Assembly: GCA_973895155.1 (NCBI GenBank)
Contig: OZ316899.1
Span: 7,257,241-7,321,240 of the forward strand
Length of the DNA stretch: 64,000 nucleotides
Direction of reading: 5' to 3'
Source of the DNA: Marsupella aquatica
Lineage: Eukaryota > Plantae > Marchantiophyta
Each line of letters starts with the position of its first letter. Positions within the stretch are counted from its first letter, which is position 1. This document shows, in pieces, positions 58,487 to 64,000 of the stretch. The notes beneath the pieces are model-generated. The model worked only from the letters and a program-made list of their open reading frames with translations, was not told where the DNA came from and did no database searches. A program made the translations under genes and the position numbers.

Positions 58487-61400
58487 TGTTGTGCGCATAC
58501 ATATCGCTACACAACATACATCGCTTGTCACATACATCCAGACATAGTCACACTGCCACATCACAAACACAAGAGAATGGAATACAAGTGGAACTCATGT
58601 CCACACATGTCCAAAACCCACAATAATCTCCATACAATCGGCACAACGATCCCGGTCAACAATACCCCATTGATCCCGCACCGATCCGATCACACACGTA
58701 TGTCAAGCCAACGCACCTTGCACTACTCAAGGAATCCACGTTACACAAGCAGAGCTCACAGCCACCATAGCCACACTTAAGCTCCTCTCTCTCCAAGGCT
58801 CAACATTGAAAGATGACCTTTCAATGCCTCACAAGTGAGAAGTACCCTCTCACACAAACCTGACGGAACCTTATTGGCTCCAATAGCACTCATACCAACG
58901 TACATACTCTAATAGCACGATATACTACTACACTACTCAGAATGGTGTGACAGCTGTCGTGCGCATACATATCGCTACACAACATACATCGCTTGTCACA
59001 TACATCCAGACATAGTCACACTACCACATCACAAACACAAGAGAATGGAATACAAGTGGAACTCATGTCCACACATGTCCAAAACCCACAATCGCCCCCC
59101 TAGCTGGGAGTAAGGTCCCCTAACTCTAGCTAGTCATGAGTTCTACAAGGTTGATATACACCTTTTTAGGTGTGAAGATCAGGAGGCTGGGTGCAAGTGA
59201 GCCCCATCGATCACCTACCTGCAATCCATATCTGCCAAGAGAACACAAATGATAACTAGTCGGTTTCACCGACAGTGAGGACACAACCATGATCCACTAG
59301 GAATCACCTGCAATGGTGGTGTCAAACATGACATGTGCCATCCTCTAGAACACTTATCACAAATCAACATAGTAGCTGCTCCCTGAGCAGATCCACACAA
59401 CATACATTTCAAGCCAGCACGAACATGTGCCAAGCTTGGATCTATTGTACCATCAATGTTGGGAAGGTGACATGGTGCACAGTTGCGCACATGATCCTTC
59501 CAAACCATACCATCGCGTCCCTCCAACATCAGGACACCAGAAGGCAACACTTCACGCACACGTAAGATTGTCTGGCCTGCGGTCACATCAAGTGTCGTGG
59601 GTGCTGTCTGCTGCAAATAAATATAATCACCAGGATGAAATCGCCAAATGCTTGCACGGTAACCTCCTCCACGAATAGTGGCATACCTCAAAGTATCACG
59701 ATGTTGGGCAATGGCAACGTTGTCAAAAGCCATGGGCATCACTCTCTGAAATACCCGTGCTCTCTCTGAACACACCTTGACCCAAACATCAGGATCATCC
59801 AAGTTCACAACTGATGCAGCATCACGACGAATAGCTGCTGGCAAATCTTGCTCTCTACCATAGAGCAAAAAGTAAGGTGAGAAGGATGCAAGTGATGCTT
59901 GCCGACTGAAATGGTAGCCCATAGCTAACCAAGGTAGCTGGAGATCCCAATCTCCCAGATCACCAACCTGCAAGCCATACTTACGCAATCCTCTCTTCAC
60001 AGTTTGCACAACTCTCTCAGCTAATCCATCTGCCTCAGGATGATCACGAGAGGTAGTACGATGATCAATCAGAGCTTGTTCACACAAACTCTCAAACTCT
60101 CCACGGAACTCAATTCCCTGATCAGTCAACACCTCAGCTGGTGCTCCAAAATGACTGAGTACACAATCCAAAAATGTAGCAGCAACTCCTCTACTGGCTT
60201 TATCTGGCAACGCCACTAGCTCAATCCACTTGGAGAAGTGCTCCACCATGACCAAAACATACCAATTATGATGTTGAGTAAGAGGTAATGGACCAGCAAA
60301 ATCCAAACTCCAACGATATCCCAAACCCATGATTGGCAACGGGTGCAACTGGGGAGTGGGAGCATTAAATGATGCTCTCACTCTATCACATACCACACAC
60401 TTAGCTATCAACTGCTGGACATGAGTGTGCATACCACGCCACCAATACTGTGTCTGCAGCAAGCTGTAAGTGCGCTTTACACCAAAGTGACCCAACTCCT
60501 TGTGCGCATGTCGCACCAAATGTACTCTCTGTGATGGTTTTGGGACCACCAACACTCTACCATCATGCAGTACTCTCAACAGATGGTTTCCCTCCCATCA
60601 AAACCTCTTGGCTCTCTGTAGAACCCTGTCACGTTCCTTGGCATCAACACTGCCAACAATAGAACCACTACGTAGATATTCCAACACTCTCACATCATTG
60701 TGAATATCTTGCTGTCCAGTAGTTACCTCACCAACATCCACATCTGAAGACTCATCATCCACTCCATCCAATGAGGTAGAGTCCATAGATCCACTGTATG
60801 CTGACACCCAACAAAGAAAGGCAGATGCATGCCATCCTGACACCATCTCCTTATCTAACTCATCATGCCATCTAGCTCCAGTCTCATCTTGCTGACTGGT
60901 ACATGGATTGCGGCTTAATCCATCTACATCCAAGTTCACTTTTCCAGGCCTATGCACCACCTGGAAATCATACTCCTGTAACAACAATGCCCATCGTGCA
61001 AGCTTCCCTGTAAGCTTGTCAGACTCCATTAACCACTTAAGAGGCTGATGATCAGTGATCAAGGTGAAGGGTTACCAAACAATAGCAACAAAAGTGTGCA
61101 ACAGCCCACACTGCTGCCAAACACTCTCCCTCATAAGAGCTATACTTAGCCTCTGCTGAATTGTTTGATCTATTGGCATAAGCCACAACAAACTCATTCC
61201 CCTCATCATCCTTCTGAGTCAGCACTGCTCCAAGTCCTACTCCACTCCAATCAGTGTGTAGCTGAAATGGTCTACCTGAAATGGGTCTTCTCAAAATAGG
61301 GGATGATGCCAACCTTTGCTTCAACTCCTGAAAGGCATGCTCATGGTCATCACCCCAAATCCATTCCTAATCCAACTTAGTGAGTATGGTCAAAGGTTTA

Positions 61401-62519
61401 GCAAGCTGGCTAAATCCTTTAACATACCTCCTGTAGTAGCTCGCCAATCCCAAGAATGCACAAACTCTACTCACATCAGTAGGACAAGGAATCTGTGTAA
61501 TGGCCTCCACTTTAGTCTGCTGTACACCCAATCCCCCTGGGTACATAGTGTGGCCCAAATACTCAATCTGGTCTTGGAAGAACTTACACTTGCTAGGATG
61601 AAGCTTCAACCCATGTGCTCTCAATCTCTCCAACACAGTCTGCAAGTGCTGCTGATGTTCTTCCACAGTAGAAGAATAGACCAAAATATCATCAATATAA
61701 CATCTGACAAAATCCAAACCTGCAAAGATTCGATCCATGACTCTCTGAAACTCAGCTGGTGCATTCTTCAACCCAAATGGTAAGAATAACCACTGATACA
61801 AACAATCTTTGCCATAAGAATCAATCCCCCAGAATGTTGTCTTGGACCTGTCAGCATGCCTAATTGGAAGCTGATGGTACCCTGCCCTCAGATCCAATGA
61901 ACTGAAAACCTTTGCATGCCCCACAGCATCAAAGATCTCCTCAGGTGTGGGCATGGCATATCTATCAGATTTTGTCTGGCGATTAATGGGTCTGTAATCA
62001 CCACACATGCGTCTATCTGTGTAATTGCCATGCACATCCTTCTTGGCTGGCATCACTGTGGCAGATGCATACTCCCCATATGAAATCTCCACCAATCCAG
62101 CCTCCAACAAATCTTGAGTTTTGCTTTGAATTAGAGCTCTCTCCATGTCACTGTAACGGTATGGCCTACGAAAGATTGGCGCATCACTAGCCAATTCAAT
62201 CTGAATACTAGGACCCTTTAATGTCCCCAAATCTTTCATGCTAAATGCAAAACAATTCCAGTAACTCTTCAGGAATCAATGCATGCGACGTCTCTCCTCC
62301 CCTGTCAACTTAGGGCCAAGCTGTGGTTCCCAACTCTCCACCAAATCCCTAATATCTCTTTGTAGAGTAGAAGAGATAGCCGATGATTGCTATTTAGCAG
62401 TAGATTGAGCAGTCCCTTCCTGCTCAACAATCTGTCCAGCCTTGGCCAATCCTGCCATAGGTCCATGGACTGTCTGCTCGCCCCCAGCTGTGGTCAGTAC
62501 TGTCTCAGTGGACCGCAAG
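58487..62519 (-). mobile_element. DNMT-Gypsy family copy 2 (3' half: RT, RH, INT-PHD, split repeats)
   Basis: Colinear with 27053-31090; A(58487-58624)-B-C(58760-58952)-gc-A(58955-59092); cut at 62520 just before the DNMT region. Confidence 0.92.
59266..60579 (-). CDS. Integrase-PHD open segment of pol
   Basis: 437-aa open frame ending CMLCGSAQGAATMLICDKCSRGWHMSCLTPPLQVIPSGSWLCPHCR. Confidence 0.85.
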   Translation of the reverse strand: MRVLHDGRVLVVPKPSQRVHLVRHAHKELGHFGVKRTYSLLQTQYWWRGMHTHVQQLIAKCVVCDRVRASFNAPTPQLHPLPIMGLGYRWSLDFAGPLPLTQHHNWYVLVMVEHFSKWIELVALPDKASRGVAATFLDCVLSHFGAPAEVLTDQGIEFRGEFESLCEQALIDHRTTSRDHPEADGLAERVVQTVKRGLRKYGLQVGDLGDWDLQLPWLAMGYHFSRQASLASFSPYFLLYGREQDLPAAIRRDAASVVNLDDPDVWVKVCSERARVFQRVMPMAFDNVAIAQHRDTLRYATIRGGGYRASIWRFHPGDYIYLQQTAPTTLDVTAGQTILRVREVLPSGVLMLEGRDGMVWKDHVRNCAPCHLPNIDGTIDPSLAHVRAGLKCMLCGSAQGAATMLICDKCSRGWHMSCLTPPLQVIPSGSWLCPHCR

Positions 62520-64000
62520 TGTCACGTCGTCGGCTGCGGCCTTAACTCAGACTTCAGCTTAGACGGGCACATCCCTCGTAAAACCTGAGGGTTCGGGCAG
62601 GAAGGGAAGCACGTAATGCACCTTATTCTCGTAAACTAGCGCTAAGTGCGCATACTGCTAAATACAGACACCTCCTAGGTATGGTTTGTGTTCCGCCGCC
62701 GGAACGTACCTTAGTCGATAGCAGGATCGACCCCGACTTAAGGGCTTCTAAGCCTTCGTGCTGTCCGCCTTTGATCCGGATTCAATGATACAGGTCCTCA
62801 ACCCGTGCTCGCAACCACTTACCCGCAGGCTGCACCTTGTGCATGTCTCGGGTAGTGCGTTCGGCCTGGCGCTGCCACCCATATACGAGAAACCCACACA
62901 CATACACGTGCACATGCATACAATCTCGATTTACACGAAGGAAAATGATGGGAAAGGATTTTACTACAAAGGGAACATATGCGTACACTTAGTTGACCCG
63001 ACAGCCCCAAAATGAACAGGTTCAAGGCCGAGGGTGCACACTACAACGGAGTCCGGCTCCGCACTCGCCCGACGAGCTTAGTCCTACCCCCTCCCCTTGG
63101 TACTCTTTCATTCCCAGAGGTCGGGACTCCCTGCACATACCGCGGACGTCCAACTCTGCAACTAAAAACCCCCCCTTGCCTCTACCGAGGGGTGCACTAA
63201 ATACTAAGGGACGAGGGACGGGGTGTCCTCTCGCCAAAGATTCGCTGACTAAGGTCCTAACTAAGCTGACAGTCAGGCCGGAAAACGACTATGTCTTATT
63301 AGAAGATCCTAATCTACGCAGGCTGGACAGCATGGCAGCGCTGCTGTACCTAAGGTAGGTGCCTGTCCCAAGAGCCTGACTAAGCCAGTCCTAATCCTAA
63401 TCTATTCCTACTCCGCTGCTAATGCCTGGCACGCTTGCCAGAGCCGCCCGAATGGGAGCGGCCATCCCGCTGCCTTCGAAGCCTGTCATTGTCCGCCTTG
63501 AGGAGTTGGACCTGGTCCAGCAGAGATCGTTCTCTCGCCTCGCCGCGTCCGTCTCCTCTGCTGCCTCCTGACATGCCTCCTCCAGCTGCTGGGCGTCACT
63601 CGTCAGTTTACCCGCCAGCTGGTCCTGCTTCTCGGCCTCGGTTTGGAGCCACGCCACCTCGGCCTGCAGCGTGGCTAACTCCGCCGTGTCCCGCTGGGCT
63701 CGTTCCTCGGCCTCCTCCAGGTCTTTCTGCCAGGTGACGGTTTGATTCTTCAAACTGTCAATCTGGTTCCGGAGTCGTGTAATCTCGGCCTCGTTCCCAG
63801 CTTTGGCCTGTTCGGCTAGGGCGGTAAGAGCGTGTGCCTTTGCTAACAACTCATTGGCGGCTGCAATCTTGGGTCGTAGTTGCAGAAGCTCAGCCTCTTG
63901 AGCTGCAACTTTGTTCTTTAGGTACACGGACTCCACCCGATACCGCTCTATCCTCTGAAGGGCCTCTGACTGGGCCCGACCTGCCTTTACTGCGGCAACC
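62520..64000 (-). mobile_element. Family X copy 3 (terminus and coiled-coil ORF; continues beyond the window)
   Basis: Starts TGTCACG where homology to copy 1 breaks (ggaccgcaag|); ORF 63397-64000 VAAVKAGRA..IERY matches 53200-53300. Confidence 0.8.

Noticed and set aside
63397-63936. env-like gene or host myosin/SMC gene
   Set aside because: No signal peptide or transmembrane segment; it is the coiled-coil tail of the repeated family X ORF.

Overview
This is repeat-dense eukaryotic DNA with no recognisable host gene, rRNA, tRNA or CRISPR array. The transposon families suggest an early-diverging land plant such as a bryophyte (inference). The window is a stack of nested transposons: a Sola-like DDE transposase pseudogene, two MULE/SWIM DNA transposons, a CACTA end, Gypsy and Copia LTR elements (one Copia intact with identical LTRs), L1- and RTEX-like LINEs, and three pieces of a TG..CA-bounded ORF-bearing unit ('family X'). 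The standout is a Ty3/Gypsy-type family present twice (27053-41637 complete; 58487-62519 partial). In copy 1 it encodes a DNMT3-like C5 cytosine methyltransferase between protease and RT, and both copies have a PHD finger after the DDE integrase. It has no conventional LTR pair. Instead it has PAT/Ngaro-style split direct repeats (coding sense: C...ORFs...A-gc-C-B-A) with an internal palindromic end-to-end junction ACA-GC-TGT that is conserved in both copies. All calls come from reading the sequence by eye; no searches were run.
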